From Klebsormidium nitens (taxonomy: Eukaryota > Plantae > Klebsormidiophyceae), in NCBI GenBank assembly GCA_000708835.1, contig DF237070.1:62001-126000 (forward strand): a DNA stretch of 64,000 bases. The letters run 5' to 3'. This document shows positions 24,475 to 35,876 of the stretch, one piece after another (position 1 is the first letter of the stretch; each line of letters begins with the position of its first letter). Under the pieces are notes generated by a model. It had not been told where the DNA came from and made no database searches. It was given only the letters and a program-made list of their open reading frames with translations. Made by a program: the position numbers and the translations under genes.

Positions 24475-25129
24475 GGCGGCCTCGTCTGCTATCCAAGCGG
24501 CAGAAAGTATTGCCTGCACCACTTTGGTGATCACCCAGACAAATCTTCCAAGTTCCAGAACAAGAGATTTTAATGAAGGGCATTTGAAATTGAAGGGAAT
24601 GACATTTGAAGAGAATTGTGAATGGCAATTGGCCGAATGGGTCTTCGACGACGAAACCGTTAACGAGGGCGGTAATGGTTTTGCTTGGGGGGTAAACTCC
24701 AGAAGCATATGTTCTGAGGTACATGACAAATCCAGCAGCCTTCAATGTTTCCAAATCCGGTTTGGAGCAGCGTCGAAGCAGGGACTCAACCATGGAAGTT
24801 CCGAAGCTCTGTGATCGGTCCCACTCAGATAGGGACATGGACATAAAATCCGCCATTTTGATTGGCCCGCGTGTCAAAAAGACCACCGGGGTTCAAGTCA
24901 TTGGAAATAGAATATGTTGCAACGTCATCTGTTCGTCATTTGAATGAATTTAGTGAGATCGGACGGTCAGAGTGAATCAATCACTGTATCGAACGGCCTC
25001 GTGGGGACCATTTGGTATTCCTGATTTTGTCGTATATCCGCTATAAGGGCGGGCATACACACCCTCATATCTCCTTTTTTCCCCTCATCTTCTTCTTTTT
25101 TCTCGTTTCTCTCTGCCTATACTACCTAA

Positions 25130-25520
25130 GGCCGCCCGAATTATATTTCCGGTTTCCTGTCCACCCCCTCCGGGGGTGGGTCGGTCGGTCGGAAGATTAT
25201 GATAAATATTCCTCAGAGAATGGTAAGGGTTATTCCGCCCAATAGCAGCGTTACCAGGCTCGTTTGACTGTCATACGGGTTATCCCGGTCCGTACCAACC
25301 ATCTGTGCTTAGCTTGGTATCAACTTGGACTGGATACAGAGGTACAGACCTTTCAGAGCATCAGCGTTGACCAAGTGCGTCTTATTGTCAGATGCAGAAC
25401 CACGTTTTTGTTCGACAATCGTCGTTTTTGACCTCCAGAATCCAGGAATATTATATCAGCCGACTCGGTTATTTCTCAAAATTCGGGTCGGTCGGGGACG
25501 GCAATCAAATTCGGACGGCC
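25130..25520. mobile_element. PIF/Harbinger (Tourist-like) MITE, 391 bp
   Basis: TIRs GGCCGCCCGAATT (25130-25142) and AATTCGGACGGCC (25508-25520) match at 12/13. Flanked by TAA on both sides (25127-25129, 25521-25523). Subterminal ggtcggtcgg motifs are present and there is no ORF of note. A 3-bp TAA/TTA TSD with GGCC-starting TIRs is the established Harbinger/Tourist signature. Confidence 0.8.
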
Positions 25521-25832
25521 TAATAGTAAAAAATTTCCCGGGCTGTATCTCTTGGCTGTGAGTGGGACCCCACCTGTGATTCTGAAAAGGAAAATGACAA
25601 AGACCTTACAATCTTCCTGATAGGAAGTTCAAAATTTCCAATCCTTTGAAGGGGCCTTGGAGCAGGTTTGCCTGCGTCGTTCTCGAGTGAACTGCTTCAC
25701 TCAAGCTATTGCTCTCTCACAACCACCTTGAGTGGTCGCCTCTGTGATTGTGCACCTCTCTTCAATAAGAGCTTTGACAAACTGAGCTGAAGAAACAGTT
25801 TCTCGGGAAGTGCAATCTGTTTAGCGAACCAA

Positions 25833-27485
25833 ATGAGCCGTGCTAGGAAGCACGTATCGGCCCGGGCACTGGGTGAATGTCCGGAGCTGGGGCCAAACGA
25901 GCGAATCATGCGGGTGGTAGCACCACGAGGGAGCAACCTGATTGAAGTAAGCGCTGCACTCGGCCAACTTGCAGAAATGCACTGTGATAGGCCAGCAGAT
26001 TGCAATGTGCTAATTATAGATAGTGTGGTCAGAGTGTGTTGGTATGCAGTGTGCTGATTGGAGGTGGTTGAGAAGGACGGTGGGGTGGTAGAGTCAACCA
26101 TCGGTTCATGATTCATGAGGCGACAGCCAACTTCACGTCGCCCACGCTGCCTTCTACAAGCAGTTCCGTGAGTGATCGTCTCAGATGTTTGACGTCAGCA
26201 ATGTGGAACACCAGGTTTGTAGTAGGGTGTTAGGACGGGCAAGTTGCAACAGTTGCTGTCTGGCATCATCCTGACCGGAAAGTTTCTGGGTTGCAGGTGG
26301 AAGATCCAGCTGGAAAAAGCACGCTCGCTCTCTTGCCTGCAAAGTTCCAAAAGATGCTCTGGGTTCGTCGAGGTAAGGCCTGTGACATGCTGTGCTCATA
26401 ATGTGGTGGTGGTGCAGCTCAGAACTGCAAAGCCCCTCTAACCAGGGTCATCTACTGGGTTAGCAAGATGTGACGGCGGCTTGTTGATTACTTGGCAGGA
26501 CGCAATCTTGCGTTTGCTGGATAAACCTAGAAGGAATTGTGCATCTCAAACTGTCCCTTGACATCCATTCTTTTTCCTATGATCAAAAACTTAGATCTTG
26601 TGCTCTAGGTGACGCGGATGTGATCGATCTTGAGGACTCGAATTGGACATTGAGCAGAGTTGCCTGTATTTTCTGATCCTATATGTGGAACTTTTTATGC
26701 GCAGGGAGTTTTGTGATGGTGGACGAAGCTGACCGGGAACGAGCGGAAGAAAGTGGGGGGAAGGTCACAGGCACCATATCGTGTGTCCTCTTTCCAGACC
26801 ATGTTCGCGAGCTGAGGAAACGGGGCAGCTGGTGAGTAGCATACAATTGACTGCTGTGACAAAGTCGTGGAAGCGTTACATGATTCTTTAACATGGAGGC
26901 TTATGGCCGTAGTGTCTACTGGTGAGGGCTTTAGAAAGAGGAAACCTTCCTTGAGCACTTCGATTTCATCGCTGTCACGATCAGAAGTGCATCAGCGCTT
27001 GTGGCACTACTCAATAGTCCAGGGACTCTCAATCGCTCTCAGTCCTCATGTGCGCTTTTGTTAGTGGTGCACAAAGCATGGTTCGTGTAGTGACTTAACC
27101 AAACAACGCAACTCGTTTGTGTTTCATCTGCAGGCCGGCAGCTTTTGACACGCTGGGGGCGGAGGAAATGTGTGATGCTTCGGAGCAGACGGTTTTAGAA
27201 AGGGCGACACATGCATTGGGACAAACAAGTCTAGAGAGGACAGCTGAGGCAACCAGCCTCGAAGAAAAGGATGCACTAAACAGCGAGAATGTTAGAGGAA
27301 CCAGGGCAGAGTCAGAGCCTGATTCTGAGGGGAGTGACGATGAGGGGCGAGCGCCATTAGAACGAAACCCCAACCATGGCAATAGACCAGGAGACGACTG
27401 GCAGAGTTCGTCTGAAGAGTCGGATGATGAGAAGGAAGACGAATTGCGAAAGCTGCCTAGCACAGCACTAAGGACGTCGAGATAA
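25833..27485 (+). CDS. EIF1AD: EIF1AD-like (eIF1A-domain, S1/OB-fold RNA-binding protein), 4 exons
   Basis: Exons join to MSRARKHVSARALGECPELGPNERIMRVVAPRGSNLIE|VEDPAGKSTLALLPAKFQKMLWVRRG|SFVMVDEADRERAEESGGKVTGTISCVLFPDHVRELRKRGSW|PAAF...acidic tail. RGSN-x-x-EV, LALLPAKF-x-K-x-x-WVRRG and WP-x-x-F are EIF1AD hallmarks. Confidence 0.9.
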
Positions 27486-28238
27486 TGCTCCGTTATATTG
27501 AGTCCTTTGGCCATCGGATCAATCAGAGAAATGTGTCTCTTTTGCTGGTACACATGCATTGAAGTCATTCAATCTCAGTGCCTATCCAACAGGGCACTCA
27601 TCAACAAGACAACGCTCAACTGACTATTGGAAGCATTGACAATCTAATCTGCTTTGATCATCAGAACATACATTGCGCGAGCGAGAGGAGTGCATTACAT
27701 GAAGACAATCATGGGACCGTCAGATGCATGGGCAACGTATTTATGGCCATCACATACTCTGCATGGGCCAAATCTATTTACTTGACTTGATCATGCTCGT
27801 ATGCCTTTCTGGCCGACCTGCAGGCAGTCACTCTCCGCACACACAATGGCTGATGCTTGCATGACTGTGCACTTAGTCAGTCAAGCGATGAAAAGATGTC
27901 ATGCAGCGTCATTGCCAAACTCTGAGTCCGCGCCTGTCAAGACATCCGAGTGCCAACCATCAATCGCTGTGGAAAGCTTCAAACGGCAATCACAAAGAAA
28001 AGGTTTGATTCCCCCATGATTTGCTGTTCATGATCAGTCAAAAGCTGGTCAAACATTGTTGATTGCCGTTTGTCCAAATTCTGGTCAAGAAACACAACGG
28101 CTGGAAGCAGGTGCTTTTGCTTTTGAGAACGAGTGCGGTGCTTCGACTGTCGGCGAGCCTTTGCATGTTTTGCGAAGGCCTTTTGGCAACGACTTCGCTG
28201 GAGAGGAATCGTAGGTTCGATTAGACTACTGAAACCAC

Positions 28239-29037
28239 CTGCAAGGGGAGAAGAAAACGATTGACATGCTGCGAGCTTCTTACATAAGGACGCTGTCTTG
28301 TCTTTCCAAATGCCAGCTCCTCAGGGAGGTATAAGATGGAACGTCTGAAACTAGTCAGTTGTCTAAGTCAAAAACTCTTTTACACCTTCACCATGGGGGG
28401 ATGCACTTCAAACAAGATTCTTGTCCAGCAGACACACGTACAGTCGCAAATGAAAGAAAGTCTACAAAAGCAGCTGGTATGTTGCCCGAGCAGTAAGTTA
28501 TGAGATGTTACAATCGTCACATAAGGCCAAATAAACATGGAAGAGGACCCTCTGAGAATAATCAAACCTTGTTTACTGCGGCAACGAGGCAATCCTTGAG
28601 AAAGTATAGTGCGTACACTAGATTTTGGGCCTTGGCAACGAGATGTAGCTTCAAAGAATGCTCAAGTCCGTTTCCCATATACGCACCATCAGAACTTCCA
28701 CAAGCTAGCTCGCAGCAAGCATACAAGCTGTAGGAGAGCAGTGATGGCAACTAGGGAGTAAAAGGAGACTCTCCGGAAATATTTGCCCAGGTTGATCAAG
28801 AGAATGCACTTTGCCCGGCATGTCTGTACTTGGAGCAGGCTTCCATAATTTGGTCAGGTGCAACCACCGATTAGACCGCGAGTAGAATCCAATGCAGAAG
28901 CTGGCGCTGAATGCACTTGCTGAACTTACACTGACAATCAAAGAGATGCAAGTCATCTCAAACAGGAACCTTCCAATCGGATAGGCACCCTAATAGAACC
29001 TAAGAAATTCCTTCTCATGCGAGGAGAGGGCACTCAC
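28239..29037 (-). other. Putative 3'-UTR intron of NDUFB7
   Basis: Donor TTG|GTGAGTG begins 3 nt after the TAG stop. Candidate acceptor ccccttgcag| at 28248-28239. Confidence 0.45.
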
Positions 29038-29040
29038 CAA

Positions 29041-29286
29041 CTAATGCTGCGGAGCTGCTGTGCCTGCTCTTATTGCATCCATCTTTTTCACCCGTTCCAA
29101 AAACAGCTCGTACTCACACGCCTCGTAGCCATGCCTTTCATCAACACACTTCCAGGGCAGGTACATTGTCTTTCGTCGGCACTGGTTTAGGGGGATCAGC
29201 AGATGTGCGCAGTGATCTCTGGACTCCAGCTTAATTTTCGCTTTTTGCATCTCTTCCTGCGTCGCGATCATCTCCCGTTCCGCCAT
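29041..29286 (-). CDS. NDUFB7: Complex I subunit NDUFB7 (B18), single coding exon
   Basis: MAEREMIATQEEMQKAKIKLESRDHCAHLLIPLNQCRRKTMYLPWKCVDERHGYEACEYELFLER: twin Cx9C pattern with RD-x-CAH-x-LIPLN and LPWKC-x-x-ERH-x-YE-x-CEY. The second ATG (29286) is preferred over 29316. Confidence 0.95.
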   Translation of the reverse strand: MAEREMIATQEEMQKAKIKLESRDHCAHLLIPLNQCRRKTMYLPWKCVDERHGYEACEYELFLERVKKMDAIRAGTAAPQH

Positions 29287-29840
29287 TGGGCCGTCTCTCC
29301 AATCAAAGTGCCCCAACGTCCTGGGACGATTCGATCAGGAGGTTTGGGAGATACTTGTGCTCCGGCTCCTCTATATCAGAGTTGACGGACCACTTGATCG
29401 ATTTAGGAGCGTGTGACCCTGAAGAGCGCCCTGTTTGTCAAACACCTTTCTTTTTCAGTGCTCAGGATTCCCCTAGCTTTCCCTCTGCCACTGCTCTGGA
29501 CACCTTAGGCTTCCGACTTCAGCTTCCAAGTTCCAGGCTTTCTTCACATTGGTTCTGCTGCCGGTTCTGGTCAATCATGCTGATTGCCGAAATCTGTCGG
29601 GTTCGATTGCAAACCCTGTCAACAACCCACAACGCATGAAACAGAATTGGGCTCGAGCCATTCCAAACCAACCAAGGACCTCGACCTTATTCTTGCCCAC
29701 AGCAAAAATGGTAAACTTAACCCTATGAGTGCTCAGCTCGCATACGTAAATCCTTACTTCAATGTCTTTGGAATGTGGAATGTGGGGATGAGCTCAAAGC
29801 AGAGGTGGGATGCGCTCAAATCGGTCACCGCGTCAGAGCA

Positions 29841-32800
29841 ATGGCCAGCTCAAGGAGCCTCTCTCAGAGGCCTTCTTGTGCTTCTCAGGCTGCTGTGTAC
29901 AGAGAGATTAGCTCGCCGGAAATTAGGCCATCGACAAAGGGTCTGCCTCGATGTTGGGGTGCAGACAGGCGAACATGCTTACAATCTTTTTGCGCAACTA
30001 AGCACAGCGCTTCCTTGCATGCTCTACACGTACAATCTGCAAAGGTTCCATTGAGAAGCCACCGCTTAGAACTATCAGGGCGCAAGGGTCGACACTGGAG
30101 GTCACATGCTACCACGTCGAACCATGTCGATAGCCTTGCATTGAGTCCTGAGAATCATGCAAAGAGAGAGGACTCTGAGGAGAAGACCTTTGAGACAGAA
30201 GCAGACCTTGAGAAAGACGACGATGTCATCGCTTTTGGTGTCGAGCTCAGCGACGAGGAAAGCACCGACGATGACGAGGGTGCGGAGAGCACTCTGGAAG
30301 ACGGTCCTACCGTACTCGCACGGCAAGCGCACCAAAAGGCGCTTAGGGCCGCCAGGGATCAGAGGTGGAGACTGGCGAGGCGGCTGTTTGAAAAAGGGGT
30401 GACAGACTTCCCGGACAATGCGCGCATTCTGACGAGCGCTGCAGTCTTTGAGCAGAAGCAGGGGAGGTATGCTGTCTCAAGGGAGTTGTTTCAGCGGGCG
30501 GTGGCAGTGGATTCGAAGAATGTGGTCGCCTTGCAGGTGAGGGTGTCAGTGTCCTCAGGTTTCTAGAAAAGTTGGTGAGCGTCTGCTGGGTGCATCAGTT
30601 ATGGGTCCTTTGCTCAGTCCTCTACCCCAACAGGGAGTTTGCCTGACTTTGAAGCTTCTTTTCGATCATTTAGTGGTGTAACAATGGAGGCGGCAATCGT
30701 GCCATACGGGGTATCTCTGCTACAAACACTGGGGTGTCTTCCCATCTGTCGTACCAATGACCAGTGATCTTCTGACTGAAATAGCATGCCTTCAATGCAG
30801 AACCCCCTTAGCACCTCTCCCGAATCTTAAACACCCAACTTTTAACCACGCAACCTTTTACCCCCTGACCGACTTCAACCCTTTTACCCCCATCTAACCG
30901 CCCCTATACCCTGCCCAGGCCTGGGCTCTCATGGAGTCTCGCTGCTGCAACCCCAGTTGGCGCCGCCGCGTGCGCTCGCTCTTCGAACAAGCCACGTCAG
31001 CAGACCCCTCGCACGCCCCCGCTTGGCAAGCCTGGGCCGTCTTTGAGTGGAAGCAGGGGCGCGCCGCGCTGGCCCGCCAGCTGTTTGAGAAGGCGACGTC
31101 GGCGAACCCGAAGCACGCCCCAAGTTGGCAGGCTTGGGCGCTGGTAGAGAGCAAGGCGGGGCAGTGTGAAAAGGCTCGGGCCCTGTTTGGGAAGGCGCTG
31201 GAGGCGGACCCTGGGCATTTGCCTGCGATTCTGGCGTGGGCAAGGGTGGAGTGGGGCCTCGGAGAGATGGCCAAGGGGCGGGAGCTGTTTGAGAGGGGGG
31301 TGAAGAGGGCGGGGAAAGCGTCGCTGGCGCTGTTGCATGTGAGTTTCTTTAGATCTGAGAGCTCTGCAAAACCACAGAACGAACTCAGAAAACGGGCTCT
31401 TAAGCCCTACTGTGACTCTTGGAAGAACCTCTTGATCGGGCAACTCCAAGATTGGTCTCATATTACCAAGATCGTCAGATGTAGACACCGGGACTGCTAC
31501 ATGCGAAGCTGTTTCAGTGGTCCTTCCCCTGCTCACCCATCAATGACACCGCCGCAATGTCAACAAAGAGGAGGGAAACGTCCACATTAGAGACAACAAT
31601 CAGGAAACGGCCGTCGAACGTGATGGTAATCTGTAAGGCCCTGATGAGGGCTCCAAGGCTAGCTTTAAGTATCTGATTCCTTTTAACAGGACTGGGCCAG
31701 ACACGAGGCACGCAGCAAGCACTTCGGACGCGCGCGCCAGCTGTACCGCAAGGCCGCGGATCTGTACCCCGGCGCTCCGCAAGCGTGGCTGTTGTGGGGC
31801 AAACTAGAGCAGGAACTCCAAAAGTACGACCGCGCCCGGGAGCTCTTCACGAAAGGCCTGCATGCGAGCCATGGCGATAATGAGATCATGTCGCATGCTC
31901 TTGCGATGCTCGAGAAGGTAAGCGATCCTATTTTTTAAATTTCGCTCCCTGGTCTGCAGGTCCTTGGTTGTGCTTGCAGGCAGCGCGGCTCAGTCGGCGG
32001 TTGCTGAGACCTGTTTCCAATTACATCGATTTGCTTCCCCGTATGTTTCTCAACTGTCTCGTAAAAAATCCGAGAGCACCGTTTGAAATTTTGGAGACCT
32101 CCGGTCACTTTGCAGGGCATTGTTCTAGCGCTAGAGGGCAATGGTTCTGCTCTAAGTCGTCAAGACCGCCAGGCATGGCCCCATCAACCGTTGTAACCTC
32201 ATGAAGCAAGTTGATTCCAACTCGGTTCAATGCTAACGCACGCGAGACGGCAAGGAGCCACGGGAATCATTCTCGAAGCCGACCCTCCTTCCGTGATCAC
32301 GCTTGAGTGGTCAGACTCCCGCAGTCAGGCAACGAGTGACGACTTCACTTCCTAGATTCTGATCCCCAGTGACGTCCTCCTGTGCCGTCCTCAGTTTTCG
32401 GGCTTTAAGTCTCTCAGATACTCGCAATCAGGCAGCGGTTTACGACCCCAGTCAATCTTTCTTTACTCGAGACGTTCTCCTGTTGCCAATCCCCGGAAGC
32501 TGGCACTTCAGACCGCACACAGCGCATTCTGGCGGAGATGGTGCACCAACCGGGGCAACATTGATGCGTGGTCAAGTCACGCAACCAGGCAAAACTTGAC
32601 GACTCGGTTTTTGATTCTCCTCAACCGGTGACGTCCTCCTACTGCCGTCCTCAGGAAGCTGGCAACCCGGACCGCGCGCAGCGCAATCTTGCGGAGCTGG
32701 TGCAGCGCGACCGGGGCGCTTGCACGTGGTCAGATTACGCAATCAAGCAAGAGTTGATGACTTATCCCCTCTGGGTTTCTCGCTTGATGACATCTTTCTC

Positions 32801-35135
32801 CTGGTTCTATCTTCAGGAAGCCGGCAACCCGGACCGTGCGCAGCGCATTCTCGCGGAACTGGTGCAGCGTGACCGGAGCAATGCGCGCGCCTGGCACAGC
32901 CTGGCGGACCTGTGCGTGCGCAAAGGCCCGCCCAAGTGGGACCGTGCGCGGGAGTGCTACCAGAACGCCGTCGAATTGGGGCCAAGTCAGGTGAGGGGAT
33001 TCATTCACACTCGTTGCGAGGATGGGTGGGTGGGGGCAGGTCAGAAAGCGCTCACAGCAAGTACCCGCTCATGTAAAACGTACACGGAACGTCTCGATAA
33101 AGAGCTTTCCTCGACTTAGTTACCTGTCCCCCCTCGTCTCACTTTCGTTGTTCGAACCCAGCTACTAGCTGGCTTGAAAGCAACTCTCGATGCTGATATC
33201 AGCTCGAAAGTCTTTTCTCGATGGCCTACTCTCGAGTGTTCTTTCCCCATAAGGTAGCTGATAACCCTCGCAGGACAAGGAGGGCCGCGCCGGGACGTTT
33301 GTCGCCTGGGCGCAGCTCGAGGCGATGGCCGGACGTAACGACACCGCACGGACGCTGTTTCAGCGGGCGGTAGAACTTGTCCCGGGAGACGCAGAGCATT
33401 TGCGCAAGTGGGCGCAGTTCGAGAAGAAGGCGGGACAGGAAGCGGACGTCCGGGCGATCTTCCAAAAGAGCATCGAGGCGGGGCCAACGGTAAGGGGTTC
33501 GAGAAGGTTTTGAAGTAAGGTTCTCGCGTCGACCCGAGTTTGCAAAAGGTCCAGCAACGCGTCCTGGTCTGAGTACAGTCTCGCTTCAGCAAAAGCATGT
33601 ACCATGTGTCCACGCTAAGAACCGGGATCGGATGGAGCGTCCGCTCCTTGATTCAAAGGACCGTAGGGAACCGTCACTCTTCCTTGGTCGACTCGGAGTA
33701 CAGCCCATCCAGAACATGACCTATTGAGATTGGTCAATCCGGCCAGGTCGCCAGATTTTGCTTCGTTCATGGTTGCCATTGCGTCCCGCTTGGGCTCTGT
33801 ACTTCAGAGATTTGCACAACTCTTCCGCGTGCCTTCTCGTGAACGAACGTCCAGCTTATCAATATCATTTTTGGTAAGCTTAGCTGTCGCACCATATTCC
33901 TTTTCTGTTCGATTTGAAAAGGGTTTCTGGGTGCCACCTGCAGACAAAACGGCTTACATTAGGAACGGGTAGCTAATGCACATCTTATTAGACTTGAGCT
34001 GGAAGATCAGGGGCGTGCAAAGTTGCTGGAAAGTCGCCGGAAAGTCGGGTTGGAAAGTGCTATCGAGAAGACTCCGCATTGCAGGCGCGCACGTATTTGC
34101 TGTGGGGCCAATGGGAGAAGCGCCTCGGCAACCTAGACGCCGCCACCCAGTGCTTCGAGAAAGGCATCTCCGTCGATCCGGAAAACCCGTTCAACTACGT
34201 GGCCCTGGCTGCGATCCACGTGGAAGACGGGCGCGTGTCAGAGGCACGTGACGTGTACAAGGCGGGGACTGCCAGCTGTCCGACGTACACGGCACTGTGG
34301 ATGGAGTGGGCGCTGCTCGAGGTCCGCCAGGTGAGGGGTCAAGAACTTGGTTTTGCCTATCATCTTGGAAATATTTGTGTCCATCTTTGTGAGATCAATC
34401 GTGTTCTCAACCGTTCTGCTTTGTGAAGTTGCTCGAGTCGGGTCCGAACGTTATCCCGTCTGCACTTTCTTTGCGTGACGTTTCCCAACAGTAAGAGGGC
34501 ACTTTGCTGTGAACATTTGTGTCGCTGTTGATGGTGCTTTAAAAGAGGCGAGAAGTGCCTCTTCAGAAAGAGCGGGGAATGGTTTAGGAGTTCTCCAGAG
34601 GGTTTACTATGCTCGTTGCCGGCGCAAATGATTGCGATTGAATGAGTGCGATGGCAGAGCTGGTTTGTTTGAAGCAGCGCCACGACGCTTTTGTCGGCCA
34701 TCTCAGCACGCTCTCTGTTTTTGCAACTAGGATGGCGGTGAAGGGATCCAGCGTTCCCGGTGGTTGTTTGCTCGGGGCAGCCGGTTAGAACCCCCCCACA
34801 TTCCCTTGCTTGAGGCCTGGGCGACCGTCGAAGAAAGCGTTGGTGACGGGAGGGTCGCCCTCAAGCTCAGAGCAAGAGTCGAAGAGATTGAGGCCCAGCG
34901 GCAAGGTGCGGAGTCCGAGTCTTCACCTGTAGAGATCAAGGGCAACGAGATCAGGATAGACGAGGGAGCTGTAGACGTTGCTAGCGGTGACGAGGTCGAC
35001 AATATAAAAGTAGGTGGCGCTTTGAAACAGCGACGGTCACCATTAGATATACGAACGCCGAGTATAGGAGCGGAGGTTGGGCGCATCGAGCGGACGCAAA
35101 AAGTCGACGACCTTATTGCGTCCTTACTTACATGA
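29841..35135 (+). CDS. HAT/TPR-repeat protein, HCF107/Mbb1-like plastid RNA-stabilising factor family, 7 exons
   Basis: Transit-peptide-like N-terminus (MASSRSLSQRPSCAS...), an acidic linker, then at least 10 half-a-TPR repeats (e.g. ARQLFEKATSANPKHAPSWQAWALVESKAG, ARALFGKALEADPGH, ARTLFQRAVELVPGD, ATQCFEKGISVDPEN). Exons start at 29841, 30919, about 31690, 32817, about 33274, about 34085 and about 34731. Stop TGA 35133-35135. Orthology within the family cannot be fixed by eye. Confidence 0.85.
32369..32729 (+). repeat. Three graded copies of the acceptor/exon start upstream of the HAT-gene exon at 32817
   Basis: gtgacgtcctcctgtgccgtcctcag (32369-32394); ...ccggaagctggcacttcagaccgcacacagcgcattctggcggagatggtgcac (32469-32555); gtgacgtcctcctactgccgtcctcag|gaagctggcaacccggaccgcgcgcagcgcaatcttgcggagctggtgcagcg (32628-32729). 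Real: cttcag|gaagccggcaacccggaccgtgcgcagcgcattctcgcggaactggtgcagcg. Confidence 0.9.
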
Positions 35136-35876
35136 CCTTCTTTGACAAAGATAGGTTGGTTGCGCTAGATGTCATCGAATGCGTCCTCAAAGCTCAAGCC
35201 CATACACCCGTTGACTGATCAATTAAACATGGTTTTGATAGTAGGGTACTTAGGACCGACTTTGCAGTAGCTTGCATGCGTTTGCCTCCAAGACTGCATG
35301 AGTCCCCCGCTTCTGAATATGGTTGAACCCCCTCGGCGCCGGCGGGGCGTGGGTTCTCTTTTCGGTCGATCGCCTTCACCGTCATGTCCCAGCTCGTTTC
35401 GTTTCCATGATCCTCTATATTTATGCCCTACACGACGATCCCATTCGCCTCAGCAAGAGAGCGGAATTGCACTGGCTCGAAGCGGCAGCATGAATTCATT
35501 GTTTTGCATATGTGCAGATTGCTGGTCGGATTCTTATGCAACTCTTGTAAAAAGTGAGCGCGAGCGCCGCGCGCCAGAACATGGTCAGACTTGTGCTATA
35601 TACGTAGCAACGTCCCAGCTTCACGTGTCACGCCAACGGCTGAGATGCTCCATCTCTCCACCGGTGGACGGCTGCGATGAACAGGCTGCGGTTACCTGGG
35701 TGTTTGCAACAGCATTGCTAGAGCCTAGCTGGGGAGCTTTGTAATCTTTCTGGAGGCAGCTCGAAGACTGTGAAGGCCCGCCCTGGCCTCAGGCTTGTTT
35801 GATGGGCGCCACAGCTGATGTCAGACTACCTCAATACGTATCAATCTAGCGGGTAAGGGAGGAGAAACAGACGCCC

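Noticed and set aside
30830-30915. C/T-rich tract (aacccttttacccc, ctaaccgcccc) resembling telomeric repeat
   Set aside because: It is not a CCCTAAA(A) array. It is the branch-point/polypyrimidine zone before the acceptor at 30918.
33145-33165. GTTCGAACCC T-loop-like motif (similar ones at about 10041, 21195, 29601)
   Set aside because: No pairing T-stem, D-arm or acceptor stem could be built, so no tRNA gene is called.
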